This document shows, one piece after another, positions 1 through 14,808 of a stretch of 64,000 bases of DNA (its first letter is position 1; each line of letters opens with the position of its first letter). Source of the DNA: Lama glama. Taxonomy: Eukaryota. The notes beneath the pieces are model-generated. The model ran no database searches and was not told where the DNA came from. It saw only the letters and a program-made list of their open reading frames with translations. The translations under genes and the position numbers were made by a program. The stretch spans positions 35,900,001-35,964,000 of the forward strand of contig CM052817.1 in NCBI GenBank assembly GCA_028534125.1. The letters run 5' to 3'.

Positions 1-135
1 TGCCTGTTTAACCTGCTACCTTTTCACATATGAAGAAAACTGAGGTTCAGAGAGGTCTAGAAAGCTGTCGAGGTTATCTAGGGAGAAAGCAGAGAAGCTG
101 GTATTTGTTCTCCAATCCATCACTCTTCCACAACC
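1..135 (-). mobile_element. MIR fragment
   Basis: MIR core-like sequence ttttcacatatgaagaaaactgaggttcagagagg. Confidence 0.55.
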
Positions 136-2029
136 CCACTCCTTCTGCTGGGCCAGAGTTCCACAAAGTGTGCCAAGGAGGTATGCAAGATAATTTTGGG
201 CTATAGATGGTCATTATAAAAACAAAATTATTTTATATTTACTTTAACTTGAGCTAGAAAGAGAACACAGCTGGCACATAAGATCTGTGATTTTGTTTAG
301 GCTATAGATAAAGTACCTTAACTTTATGTTTAAGGAAAGGTCAACTTCATGAAGATACTAGTAAGTGGACACAGCCCTCCTGAGGGAGGGCTCAGTGTGA
401 AGTGCACGTCCCGGCTTTGACTGTAATACTTTGTGTGGCTCTGGCCACGTCACTGGAGGCAGCGTGTCTCTGAGACCATGACCTAAGTAGCCACGACCTG
501 CTTCATGTCAGCTGTGCCATTTAGTCCACCATGATCCTCCCTAAATCCAGAAAATTCATAATGAAGTGACCGCAGAGCTCAGTCTGAAGAAAATGAAAAT
601 AAAAAGAATCCCAGGACAAGAGCACCATTATAATCATGTAATTTTGCTGGAATTGACTGTGGCTACTGATCTGGGCCCTGCCAACTCTATTATGTTTACT
701 GGGCACTCAAAGTTTTCCCGTCAACCCCTAGATTACTCTCTGAGATTGAATTATGAAATAGTAGATACTCCCACTACATAATTTTTTAAAAATAAACTCT
801 CAGTTGCCAAACACTTTCCATTTGGTCTGAGTTCTGTAAGTCTTTCAAATCCTCTAAAAAAATATGTTTATTTAAACATTTGCAGATATTTTCTTTAAGG
901 GGCACAAAGTCAAATAAGAGCACATTATTTCTGTGCTTCTCAAACTAGGATCCATACAAGGAGCATGTGGTTAACCAAGATAACACAGTGCATCTTCCTA
1001 GAGGATATCATTAGTGTAACAATACCTGGAAAAGGAAAAAGATTTTTGTATTACAATTCATTATGGAATTAGAATACAGTTTATATGTGTTTATGATAAA
1101 ACACAGGATTAAACCATTTCAATGTCATGACTGAAGGAAGTTTGAAAAGTTTTTGTTAGCAAAAAGCTCCGTGAAAAATGCAGAGCAGTATTCAAATATG
1201 TCATCACCCTTTTTAGGCTTCAGAATCCCTTTGCCTCCAAGAAATTAAACAGCTTCAGGATTTATCTGTGCAAAATTTCATTTCCATAGGCCTTTCTAGT
1301 AAGTTCAATTGTGTAAACTGAGTAAAGTGTGTTAATAATAATATATAAATTCTCCCAAAGAAAGTAGATTCTTAGAGGTTTTCTGAAAAGGCTTTCCTCG
1401 AACTCAAAGCCTCTGCTTTGTCAAAAGGCAGAATTTTGATCTCTAACCGTAGCTTCATGAAGGAGTGTCAGAGCTTCTAAAATCTCCTCAAATCAATCAC
1501 AACAAAGCTCCCTATCTCTGCCTGGACCTAATGGTTATAACCAGTCTAACCAGTCTCCTGTGACATTTCTTTTGCTCTAATTTTCTACTGATCCTGTGTT
1601 TGGTATTTCAAGTGTCCTGCTAACTGTTATCTGCTTTAAAGGTATTTTATTACATCAGTGAATTATGCCAATATTGGGAACAGATTCTATGAACAAAGCC
1701 AACATTTATGTATTTTATTTGCAGGCCTGGAGCAAAGAGATTACAATTCCATCCCCATTTCCTTTTTCAACCTAAGATGTCTTAACCGTGCCTGCATATC
1801 TCACTGTGCCTAGCAGGAGATGGTCAGGAAATGATTTCTAAATTGGATTAACCTTCCAGTTTTCACTGAAATAAACTGTTATTGCATTTCAGCTGACTCT
1901 AGTCACTTGCATCTCTTTTTATCTCACTTCCCTCTTAAAGGGTTTTCCCAATGCAGCAACATCAGGGTTGAGTCACACACTGGATCTGTTAAGCATACTT
2001 CTGAAACTCATCATTTTGGCAACTCAGTA

Positions 2030-2197
2030 ACAGCAACTAACACTCAAGAGGACTAATTCTGAGCCAGGTCCTGTTCTAAGCCTGTGTTACTTAAAATCTA
2101 TATATTAACTCATTTATTCCTTATAAAAACTCTGGGAGGCAGGTATTATTCCCATTTTACAGATGGGTTAAGGAACTTGCCCAAGGTCACACAGCAG
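2030..2197 (-). mobile_element. MIR
   Basis: taactcattta...cccattttacagatgg...aacttgcccaaggtcacacagc. Confidence 0.75.
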
Positions 2198-2865
2198 CCC
2201 ACGCTGCTCTATAGTGCCTTCTCATGTTTGATTAATGTCAGTCCATTGTTCGTGTGATGGTTCCATAAATTCTATGTGCTTATGTTCCCAGTATTAGTTC
2301 TCACCGAAAAACATGCTGTATGAAAGCAAATGACATACTCTGAACTTTAAAATGTTACATTAAAGAGCTTACTAAAGAAAAAAACCACTGACATTATCTA
2401 TACTAATAAAGGATCAAAATGACAGATAATAAATATAATTTAACCCTTAACTCTTCTAATAGCAATGACTTGGAAAATGAAATCTGTTTCTGAAACAGGG
2501 ATGGCAGTCTTTCCACAACTCTGAAGGAACTCTCCCTACTGTCAGATGAAATAAAAGTGAAGTGCAAACGCTTTCCCTGGGGCTGCTTTAACCTTATTTC
2601 TTTTCCTTCATTATACTCAGAGACAGCCCATCTGAACTGCTGATTGTCCAAATACTGTTGGTACAGAATGCCATATTTAAAGCTTTAGACTATTTTCCTT
2701 CAGTTCTCTGCTTTCACAGTGAAATACATGTACTTCGAGCATAACTTCTGCTGAGTTCTAAAATTTTCAGCAGGCAGAAAAATTGTAGAAATGGAAACTT
2801 AGCCCCCGTACATTTCAATTTGGAAAGTGAAGTTCAGAGAAAGTCATAAAAATTCAATTTAAGTC

Positions 2866-2972
2866 AGATTTATTGATTGCCTACAGTGTGCATGGTCCTC
2901 TATTAGACATAATGAAATTCAGGCACAAAACAGACACAAGATCCCTGGCCTCAGGTACCTTATGATCTAATT
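2866..2972 (-). mobile_element. LINE-2 3' end fragment
   Basis: tttattgattgcctacagtgtgc...aaaacagacacaagatccctggcctcagg resembles the reverse complement of the L2 3' terminus. Confidence 0.6.
2869..2874 (-). terminator. Candidate TIGD2 poly(A) signal (AATAAA)
   Basis: TTTATT on the plus strand, 320 nt downstream of the TIGD2 stop. A second candidate is at 3099-3104. Confidence 0.55.
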
Positions 2973-3193
2973 AGTATAATACAGATTAGAAACGGGACGG
3001 ACAAGGTACAGGTCAAGGCTCACTTCCTAGAATCGACATGAAAGCACAGTAATTTAAGTAATCCAAAACGGCATCTAATCCTACAGTCATTTATAAAATT
3101 TATTTGGCCTTGAAATCCACGGCATTTCAAACAAGATAAGTAAGTTCCACTGCAGATAAAGTCACAACGATGCAAATCCACTGAAGAGCATTA

Positions 3194-4810
<1,617 letters not shown>

Positions 4811-5879
4811 TTAACAACGTAGATTTGAGCACGAGACTAGAAAATGGTGTTTTAACATCCCTTTCCTCACCCTTTGAATCTAGATGGACAAGTGTTGGCC
4901 AATTTCTAGGCAAGGCTTATGTGACTCTCTTCACTTGGCTGCTTTAAAACTTTCAAAGTTCTTTCAATAAGGACTAGCTCCAATTACTCCTATCTTCTAG
5001 CTTGTTTCTTTCCCACTGAGTTTAAGATCACTTCGTGAACTGCAATTTCAACAGAGATGGCAACCAATACCCGACCAGCAAGGTCTCTAAGACAGCCCTA
5101 CTGCATACCTAATTCTTCCTGCCGTCATTACGGGCAAGGTTCTATGCTGAAGGAACTAAGACTCAGGGGAGGGTATTAGGGGAAACGTGCTAGGGAGTAA
5201 ATAGTTTCAGACAGGACTTGCAGCCTTGACAGACAGGGAACTAGAATGGAAGAACTCACCCACCCCCTGACTGCTGTCCTTGTCAGGCAGTGCGCTGTAT
5301 GGAATGCTGCCCCTCCAGGCAAGGACTGCTATAGGTTACGCAAGTGAGTGGTTATGGAAATCAAAGGCAAGCAAGGTATGGCAAGCTGGACAGAGGTGAG
5401 CGGTGCAAATAAGCTGAAAGTGGACAGGCAAAACTTTGTACTTTAACACGACACGAACTTCTACCTAATGTATTTGGCAACTGAAAAGGGGAAAAGGTGG
5501 ACAAGAAATGGTGTCACGTGGTTAAAGCACCAAAAAACTTCATTGGCAGAAATCAGGGCTCATGGTAGAGGGTATGGGGTGGAAGGCTCAGTGAAGATGT
5601 TAAAAAATCCTGGTGAAAGATGATCCTCGATGGGCCAACAGAAGTAGTTCCTGTCGGGGGCTGTATAGGCACTCGGAGCCTCGGAAACCTAAAGGAAAAT
5701 ACCAAAAACATTTTTCTTTCAATATCAGGGTCTGTGGCATTACCCACATCTATCCTGCAACTATGTTGAGAAATTTAACGCCTCCTATTAATGTGATGGC
5801 CAAATACGACAAATGCTGCTTTTAGGCATTATCTAGAGTGTCAGGGAGCGGGACCTGAATCGCCTACCTCCTGAAATTA

Positions 5880-7215
5880 AGAGGTCAGAGAGAAGCCGTG
5901 TTAGCGAGGGCCTCTCCCCGCAGGACGAGCTCCGGAACGCGGGACGTCTTTGCTCCCGGGGAGGGAGCCCGGATTCCTCCGTGGACGCTGGCGACCAGGC
6001 TGTCACCGCCGCGGCCAGCCAGCGAGCGAGCGGGCGCTGGGCACAGGGGACGCCCGTCCGCGGGCCGGGGGCATCGCTCTCCGCCTGCCTTCGCGGGGGC
6101 CAGACCGCCCTGAGAGCAAATGGAGTCTCCAGAGGGAGGCTGACACTGGCGGCGCGGCGGCGGCAAGCGGCGAGCGTCGCGGCCGGAGCCGGAAGGCGGG
6201 GGATTAGGGTGCACGCGCGCGCCCCCGCAGGAACGTTGTGCCGCCGAGGGGGCGGGGCCTGCGCTTGCGAGCGCGCGCGGCACGGGGGCGGGGTCTTCCG
6301 CGAGCGGGCGGGAGAGGGCGGGCCCAGCCGCTGCGGCGTCTCCGGGAGCCGCGTGGGTTCGGCTAAGGGCCCGTCTGCTCCAGGCTGCAGACTGCCTCGC
6401 CCGCCAGCAGGGGGCGGGACAAGCTCACCCTGTCTTAGCCCTTTTCCCAGTGTCCCAGCTCTGTGGGCGAGGCTTCCTCCATCCTCAGGTGGAGTAATAG
6501 TCGCACCCTCTGAGGGCTCGCGAGAAAGCTGCGCATCCTCGGGTGCCTGGAGCGAATGGGGCAGGGCGAGCGCACGTGGAGCGTGTTTACAAATAGCGGC
6601 CCCGGCATCCGCTCCTCCCAACGCCGACTCCCGGGAATGCCCAGTCTGCCGGCGGGGACGGGACGAGACGGAGCAAGGATTACAAGCTAAGGTAGGAGCC
6701 AGCGGACGCGACTGCTGGCCGAAGGCAGAGGCGGGCTCCCCGAGGCGACAGGGTTCGGGAGAGGACCTGGGGCTTACACTCTGCAACACCCATCCCAACA
6801 AGCCCTGGGCAGGTGGTGCGCAGCGGGGGGCGGTCAAACTGGGTATCAGGTCTCTCCTCCCTGGCGGGCCGCTCGAGGTTTAAGTCACAGAAGTCGCGAT
6901 AGAGGCGTCTCTCTGCAAAGCTCACTGCACCTGGGAGACGCGTGAGCCTGTGGGAGGCTCCCTCGTGGATTTCGCAGCCCCTTTACTCTTTACTCCCCCT
7001 GCTTCTAGGTAGTAGTAAGGAAATTTGACAAAGACTCCCTTGATTTCTTTCAAACCGAGATACAGTACGTTTCTATTTTGGCATTTTAAATGGCGCGAAT
7101 GCGGGCATCTGTGCACTAGTAACCGCTACGGAGAACCGTGCCTTCTCGGCGTCCCGGGAGTCGCTTCCCCGCGGGGCCCTCGGAGCCTTCCCTGGAGAAG
7201 GGAGCGAGCGGCTGC
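5880..7215. promoter_or_regulatory. CpG island: TIGD2 promoter, probably bidirectional
   Basis: Sharp switch to very high GC and CpG density about 1.1 kb upstream of the TIGD2 ATG. Contains GC boxes (6248-6258, 6284-6293), an NRF1-like TGCGCTTGCG (6260-6269), TMTCGCGA motifs (6516-6525, 6894-6901) and a CTCF-like core (6401-6417). Confidence 0.88.
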
Positions 7216-8596
7216 ACCTTCATCTGCAGCACCTGTTTACGGAGGAAATGCTTTCAGGCTTTTCTTCATTTCTTTCTTTTCTGTGTACTTCGAAAAATGG
7301 AAGAGTCTTCAATTACATTCCTCTAATATCTGAGCATAAATGTCTAACCTTTTTGGTTAACATAAGGTAGCGTAGTAATTTGTCGTTTGTTTGCAAAGGC
7401 CATATTGTTGCTAGCATGTTTCAAAGGGGAACTGACCTGAGCGCTCTTACTGCAGAAAACATGATGTTGGTTCTAAGGCTCCCGACTCCCTCGCCCAAAC
7501 CGTTCGATTGCCTTACTCAAAATCACAGCTTTCTGACGTGATGGAAAATCTTTGATCTTCTAGTTAAACTGTGAAGTTTGAAATGATTTTTTACAAATGT
7601 TTGCTTTTCCTGAAGGTAGATCTCACCTCCCCCATCCCCCTATCAGTCAGTCTTGGTTGACTATTTTGGGCAAAGTGCAACTTCATGCTAGCTTAATATC
7701 ATTTTTAGAAGTTAGCCTCTTTTCTCTGATAGTTGTAAGAAGCGTGAAAACAGTTGTATGTGACGAACGAAACCTCATTCATTCCTCATAAGGGAAGAAA
7801 GCTGACATTTACTGACTGCCAATCAGAAGACCCAGTGTGTAGTCAGAAGTTAGCAGCCTGGTTTTCCCCCTCACCCGCCCAGTCTGCTGGGGTCCCTCGG
7901 TCCCTCGGTATTGTAGTAAAATGAACTCTGCCTCTTACCCCTGTCCTACTGTCTCTGGGAGTTAATTTCCTTTCATACACCACTTGTATCATTTCTCTGT
8001 TTCTGCTGAATTGTCTTATCTCTTAAAGCTGTTCCCTTTGCGTCACCGTGTGTAAGTTCACATCTGAAGCACAGCCCACATTCCTTGATCTCCTAAAAGC
8101 ACCACTTCATAGGAGGCAGTTGTGTTTAGCAACTTTTAATAAGACTTTACCCAAGATGGTTTCATCTAACAGATTTTTTCCTTTTTGTGGGGAGGAGTCG
8201 CTAACTGTAGCAGATTTACTTTAGGGTACAAGAGTGGGGCGTGGGGAGACCTGAAAATAGTGTCTGTCAGCTTGATTTTATGAAGAGCCTGGCTGGCCAC
8301 AGGGAACTTCTTGTTGCCAGCTCTTCTCTTCGAGTCGCAGCCTTGTCTGCATCTCCTTATGTTTTCTCCTTTCTCTCTCCAGCGTTATTTCTGTCTCAGG
8401 GCCCCCTCTCTCCTTCCCTCTCAGCTACTGGTGAAATCCTCAGATTCTCTGTCCTTTATTATGCCGAGCAATTTTGTATTCTGTAACTTTTTTCCCACTG
8501 TCCCTTATTGTGATTTATTCTCTAATCAGAAGATATTTCACTCTTTGGGGAATTCTGCCACCAGTATTTCTTTCCTTCTACATATATACAATCTCT

Positions 8597-8730
8597 CTTA
8601 ATCATTATGCTAGCACTGTGAGGTTGATGCTATCTCCATTTTATGCACAAGAAAGTGAAGGCTGAAAATCTATCAAATGTAGATTGGAGAATGGAGATTT
8701 ATCTGGCTTTAAAACAACATGTTCTTCCCA
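8597..8730 (-). mobile_element. MIR fragment
   Basis: ctgtgagg...tatctccattttatgcacaagaaagtgaaggct, a degenerate MIR core. Confidence 0.5.
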
Positions 8731-10354
8731 CACTGTGACAATCGAAGTATTTAACTCAAAGACATGAAAAGAAGGAAGTATATTGTGATTATTTTTGCAA
8801 AATCAAACTTGTCATTTATTATAATGGAATTTTTGACATTAACCTTCCAAAGAGGTATTTTAGTTGTGAAAGCACATTTAAGTCTGCAGCTGTGTTCATC
8901 AGACATAGCATTTGGTTTATTGGAATGTGAGTTTTCTGAAAACTACTCCAGATCACCTGAAAGTAGCTTATGTGTCATTACCAGCTCTAAAGTTCCTTTT
9001 CTGCTGAGGTGATGTCAATGCAAATGCCTTATGTGGCCTCATTTGTGGTAGTATTCTTTATGCATGAAAGTTTTGTAATAGAATAGGACACCTCTAGGTA
9101 GAATAAATTCTTAATTTTAAAGGAACTATTTATCTCCTTTTGGGTTCCATTTAGTTTATCATTGACCTTCATTTACTTGGAGATTTTTGTTTGATAACCT
9201 GAATTAGCTACTCCAATAAGCTTAGGATGAGAAAAGGATAACATTAGCCCCTATGTATTAAACTGATTTAATAGTAAATAGTATTTCTGTTAATAATTGA
9301 TTTTCAATTAGCAGTAAAATTTTCAATGATCAGAAACATAGCATTGTAAATTTTTAAAAAATGAAAGACAATGGTTTTCACAAAAAATTTACTGTTCCCC
9401 ATTTTAAGGGATATAAAATACTGAGGGGATTTTTCAGTTAAAATGTAATTGGAGGGTGTGTTTTAGAGCAAACAAAATTGAAAAAGTCATCAGTAAAATG
9501 AAAGTTTGTACTTTGAAGTCTCTTTCAGCTGTAAAGTCATTTTACTTTGGATTATAGATAGAAGCTCAAATCATTCATGGTTAAAGGTAGGAACACTTTT
9601 CCACTTAAATATCTGGACACAAATAAGAGATCAGATTGCTCATTGGAAAGTCCCTTTCCTTAAAAAAAAAAAAACAAAACACATGATATTGAAGGATAGT
9701 GATGACTTACACTTTTCTGTCATATGGATGCTCAGTAGAGGGCTTTTAAACTTAATTTAGTTTTCTGTGTTTCTTTTTTGGCTCGCCGTAGATTTCCAGT
9801 TGACTGGCAGCATAGGCAAAATAAGGAAAAGACTGCCTGGGAGCATAGAAAAGATTTAATAGGGTCAGAAGAAGGACAATTACTGGTGGAAACGTTTAAG
9901 GGAAAATTAGACTTGATTCCTGAAAAAACGTGTGGCTGTAAATTGAAGAAACCAGTGAATTGCTGATTGATGTCAACAATGTGGGTGGAAAACTTGAGTG
10001 AATTTATATACCCCCCCCTTTACCTTTCCAAACCTGCTGGGTTTCCAACTGTTTTCTAAAGGAGCCCAGGGTTCCATCAGGTTGGTCAAATTAGGTTTGC
10101 TGAGAGCGGGGAGTGCATCCACCCCTCCCTCTCCCCATCCCCTGCCTCTCCCCATCCCCTCCCTCTCCTCGTCCCATCTCCCACCCCAACCCCGCACCTA
10201 CAGCTCATGCTTTTAGGCTCTTCCTGCTTCTCCTTTAGCCTTGTAAAGTCCTCTCCTGCCTCTGTTACTGTGTACATCCTTCAAGTTCTAGTTTGTCCCC
10301 AGAGCTGCATTTTTCAAGATTCCTCATGTCCTGTGGGTGAGAAAACTGCCTGGG

Positions 10355-10460
10355 GTCCAACATGCAGGTTCCAGGGCCCACTCCAGGGATGAAGCCCAGG
10401 AATCTTTATTTTCAGCATGCATCCCAAGTGACTCCAATATGCTAAAGATGGAAAACCTTA
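10355..10460. mobile_element. MER5-like hAT MITE fragment
   Basis: atgcaggttccagggccca...gcccaggaatctttatttt...cccaagtgactc follows the MER5A pattern. Confidence 0.5.
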
Positions 10461-10789
10461 TCTACTGACGACCATCTCGAATATGAGATTCCTCTCTCAT
10501 ATTCTTTGGGAAGAATTTTTTTCTTCCTTCTCCCCTCCCCACTTCTTAAATTGTATGCAATCTTTGAAGGAAAATATGAAATACAGAAAAGTAGGAAAAA
10601 AAACCCAATCATACCAACATTCAGAGATAACTACTCTTAACATTTCGGTCTGTAGCTGTCTCTTATCAGTATACTTATCATATATGTACTATGTGTGATA
10701 TCGACATACACACGTTTTAATGAGAACATGAAGTTATACGTAAAATTTTACACATGCTCTTATTAAAAACACCTTATAAATATTTTGTG

Positions 10790-11275
10790 ATACTGTTGAT
10801 TCTCATCAGCCAAATACCACCAGGAACTCATTTCTTGCCAAAATTGAGCTTAATACTGCAGCACAGGAGATCCATGGAAAACTATGGAGTCCCTCAAAAA
10901 GAGGAGGGTCAGGTGGAGTTTATTATAGGATTTGGGTAAGATGATTTTAGCGGGGGTTAAAGTGGGGAGACCTGGATTGGGTGCTGTCAGAAAGCAGGGG
11001 CAGTTTAGCTATTGGGCATCTTAGTTTTGATCTAGGAAGCTAGAGGAGCAGGCTAGAGTTACCACTGGAGAAGCAGCAGCAGTCACTCCTGCTAGCCAGG
11101 AGAGGGGGGTGTTTGGTCACTCACGTGGTGGCAGGGCCTTTACCCTCCCTCCTGGTTAAATTTCTATTCCGGCAGGAGTAGAGGGTAACCTTGTTTTTGT
11201 CTTGTTTCACCACAATCATGGAGAGTCCTCCTTTGATGTCTGTGAAATTGTTTAGATTCCTCAGGGTAATATCAT
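10790..11275. mobile_element. Old ERV-LTR-like element (family unresolved)
   Basis: Block of about 480 bp with LTR-like composition. Recognition by eye only. Confidence 0.35.
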
Positions 11276-11509
11276 GCCTACCTTGTTCAAGGCTTTCAAT
11301 ACATACTCAAAGGGTCCAGGATCCAAAAAGGTGTAAGTAATAATCATTGATAAATTAGCTCGTTCAGCTGTGAAGCAACCCTTAATGCAACTGGGTAATT
11401 ATATCATGATGCGGCTCTATTGAGGCTCATACTTGAAAACAACATTATTAACACCTGCTTCAATGCTTCTAGATTAGAAAGGCCTCGTGATAGTGTTTCT
11501 CAAACTCAG

Positions 11510-12590
11510 TTTTGATCAATTCTAGACGTTTCATCATCCCTGAAATCCCATACCATTGGCAGCCACTCCCTGTTCCTTTCTCTCTCTCTTCCCCAGCTCT
11601 GGGCAACCACTCCTCTTTACGGGTTTGCCTATGCTAGATGTTTCATATACATGGACTCACACAATATGTGTCCTTTGTGACTGGCTTCTTTCATTTAACA
11701 TAATGTTTGAGAGGGTCATGTTGTAGCATGCATCAGTACACTGTTTCCTTTTATTGCTAAATAATTGTTACATGAATATACTGTATTTATCCATTCATCC
11801 ATTGATGGACATTTAGGTTGTTTCCACTGTTTTGGCTATTACAAATAATGCTGCTAAGAACATTCATGTATAAGTTTTTGTGTATGTATGTTTCCATTTC
11901 TCTGAGGTACACACCAAATTGGAGTTGCTAGTTCATGTGGTAACTCCATGTTTAATCTTTTTTGAGGAGCTATTTTCTAAAGCACTTTACAGTCTTACAG
12001 TGTGTGAGGACTCTGCCTTATTCAGACTGCTATAACAAAATACCGCAGACTGGGTGGCTTGTAAACAACAGAAATTTATTTCTCACAGTTCCCGAGGCCG
12101 AGAAGTGTAAGACCATGGTGCCAGCAGATTCTGTGTGATGACTGGTTAAGACCGACTCCTTGGATCATAAATGCCTTCTCGCTGTGTCCCCACGTGGTGG
12201 AAGGAATCTCTGCAAGTCTCTTTTATAGGAACACGAATTTTATTAATGAAGGCTCCACCCTCAATACTTAAGCACCTCCCAAAGGCTCCACCAAGGCAGG
12301 CCATCACACTGGACATCAGGATTTCAATATATGAATTTTGAAGGGACACAAACATTCAGATCACAGAAAGCTCCAATTTCTCCACATCCTCACCAGCACT
12401 TGCTGTTATGTGTTTTTTTTTACTTGTAGCCATCCCAATGGGTACAAAGTGGTACCCTTTCATATCCATAGTGGTTTTGACTTGCATTTCCCTCATGACT
12501 AAGGGGAGCATCACTTTGTATGATTATTTACCATTTGCATATTTCTTTTGGAGCAATGTCTATTCAGATTCTTAGCTCGGTTTTTCATTA
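11510..12590 (-). mobile_element. Old L1 (L1MB-like) 3' region, interrupted by MLT1A
   Basis: L1 3' signatures such as tgactggcttctttcatttaaca, ccattgatggacatttaggttgtttcc and tttctccacatcctcaccagcacttg. Confidence 0.85.
12014..12367 (-). mobile_element. MaLR solo LTR, MLT1A-like
   Basis: gactgctataacaaaatacc...aacaacagaaatttatttctcacagttc...gggacacaaacattcag. About 350 bp, and it splits a contiguous L1 motif. Confidence 0.85.
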
Positions 12591-13939
12591 AGTCATAACA
12601 GAGTTACAATGTTAAGTGTTAAATGTTCCATTTTAATTTTTCTCCACTGGCTTTCCTAGAGGGGAGACATAAGAACGAACCTTCTGAGGAGTATCTTTTT
12701 CTGTGATACTGTTGAAAATGTTTCTCATGATACACTGTCACTTTCCTTAAGGATTCATGTGATAAATCCTGGCTATCTTTAATGTCACAGGGAAAAACTA
12801 TGGTTTCCAGTTGAATTTTGGTTTCCTTTCACCTGACACAAGAAGTAGGTATGTCCATTTTATTTTAGCACTGACTTGCACAAATCTGTGACCTTAGATT
12901 TGTGCCGAATTGCTGTAGCTAACTCATTTTGAATTTCTAGTACTTTTCTTTTTCTTATACATTGTGTTTTTAAATTTTAATATTTTAATGGTAACTGTTC
13001 TTTTTATATTATAGTTATTTCAACTATTGTTTTAGAAGAATGTAAGCAGTAAAATTAAGAGACCAGCCAGGCAGTACATCTTACTAATAAACTTTATAGG
13101 TTCTAGAAGCGTAGTCTCCAGTTTGTACATCTGATTACCACCTACCAGACATGGAATCTCCAACTGGTTATACAGAACCCTTCACATATGGAAAATGGGA
13201 ATAAAAATTATACCAGTTTTGGTTTTGTTTGTAACAATGAACTGAAATAGAAACTGCTTTGCAAAGTACCACACTCTGCACTACGTAAATACTAGCTGTG
13301 ATTGTATTTTTCCTACATCTTTTGTCTAGGAGGAAATACTTGTATTTTCTCAACTTCTTAAGAAAGGAGACGTTGAAAGGCGCTAAAAGACAGCAATAGT
13401 GCTAAAGGCCAAATTCATACATATGTAATGATATTGTATTTGCAAGAGTGCATTATATACCTACGGTTGTCATTATAAGAGGATTCACAAAACCACCTCA
13501 GGATTATCTATTGAAAGTTCTTGTTCCATTAATCCAAAACAATTGCACATTTTCTTTCCTTGCTTTAATCCCGAATCATAGCATATTACATATACTATGT
13601 TTTTGGCAGATTTTTAGCCTGATTTTAGGTATCTGAAGGGGGATGGTGAAGATATAAAATGAGGGTCTGATGCAATTAACAGACATCAAGTAGTCATCAT
13701 TTTGGAAATGTGTTTGAAACATGCTTTAATTTATTCTTTTTTCTCCTTTAAAAGGTTTAAAAATGCAAGTTGGAGAGAATGAAAAATGGAGGGGAGGGAG
13801 GTCTAACTTTGCCTTTCCTGTTTGCATTTATTGCATCTCTCAGTGTAAACCCTGACACTGAAATTCTGAAAGGTGGTGGTAGGTGATAATTATTGTTTTT
13901 CCCGGCTTTTCATATTATTCCCTCTTTATTTCATTTGCC

Positions 13940-14062
13940 TATCTATCATATCTATATAGATATGATATGATAAATATATACACATGATACATAGATAGAT
14001 AGATATGAATGAATATATATACACATATATCATTTTATACATTATGTATGTATATATGCATA
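13940..14062. repeat. Degenerate TA/GATA low-complexity microsatellite
   Basis: Runs of tatc, gata and tata. Confidence 0.7.
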
Positions 14063-14808
14063 TTTTTCCCAACCCTTTCTCTCTATACTTAAGCTTGTAG
14101 TTCTCACAAATTTCTGTTTCCCCCCTCTTCCTTCTACATTGTGTTCTTTTCTTTCGGGGGTGTAATAGTGGAACTAGCTAACAATTTGGAAAGTCCCAGT
14201 GAACAGTGTGCTGAAATTGATGTGAAATTACATGATTGCTTGTTTAGGAGAAGTTTATGGCAGTATTAAATCCATCATTTTGATGCTGAATGGACTTTTA
14301 AAATCTCTCACTTCAGTTGGTGGTTTGTTTCCAAGAAACAAGCAGGCTGATTTATTTAACAATATCTGTTACTACAACATAGGAATTAATTTTGTACTGA
14401 CCCCTCCTAAATTGTGGAATTTTTTTTTAACCAATAGATGGTTTTAATTAATTTATCATTGCTATAGTCACAGAAGGAAAAGTGTTTAGTTTTTTCTGAT
14501 AAATCTTTAACATGCAGTATTGGAACTTTAACCTACCTTCCTTCTTTCCTTCCTTCCATTCTTCCTTGCATTTTTAAGTTTTTACTTATGAGTTGAAGGA
14601 TTCTCTCCCTTTTGCATACTTTAAGACTCTTTGATGTACTTGGCTATGAACTTGATCTCTCAATCTGCAGTAGTTAATTGCTTGACCACTGGACATTTTA
14701 TCATGCTCCAATGAAGGAGGACAAACATTGTTCTATATAGAATGGGGATTTAATAGCAACTCATATATGTAAATAATGATTAAACTATTACAGCTATGTA
14801 ATGAGACA

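Noticed and set aside
5833..6883. Long overlapping ORFs of 334 aa (minus) and 300 aa (plus)
   Set aside because: They lie in the CpG island, where stops are depleted. The peptides are low-complexity (P/R/A/G-rich), start at non-ATG codons and show no recognisable domain.
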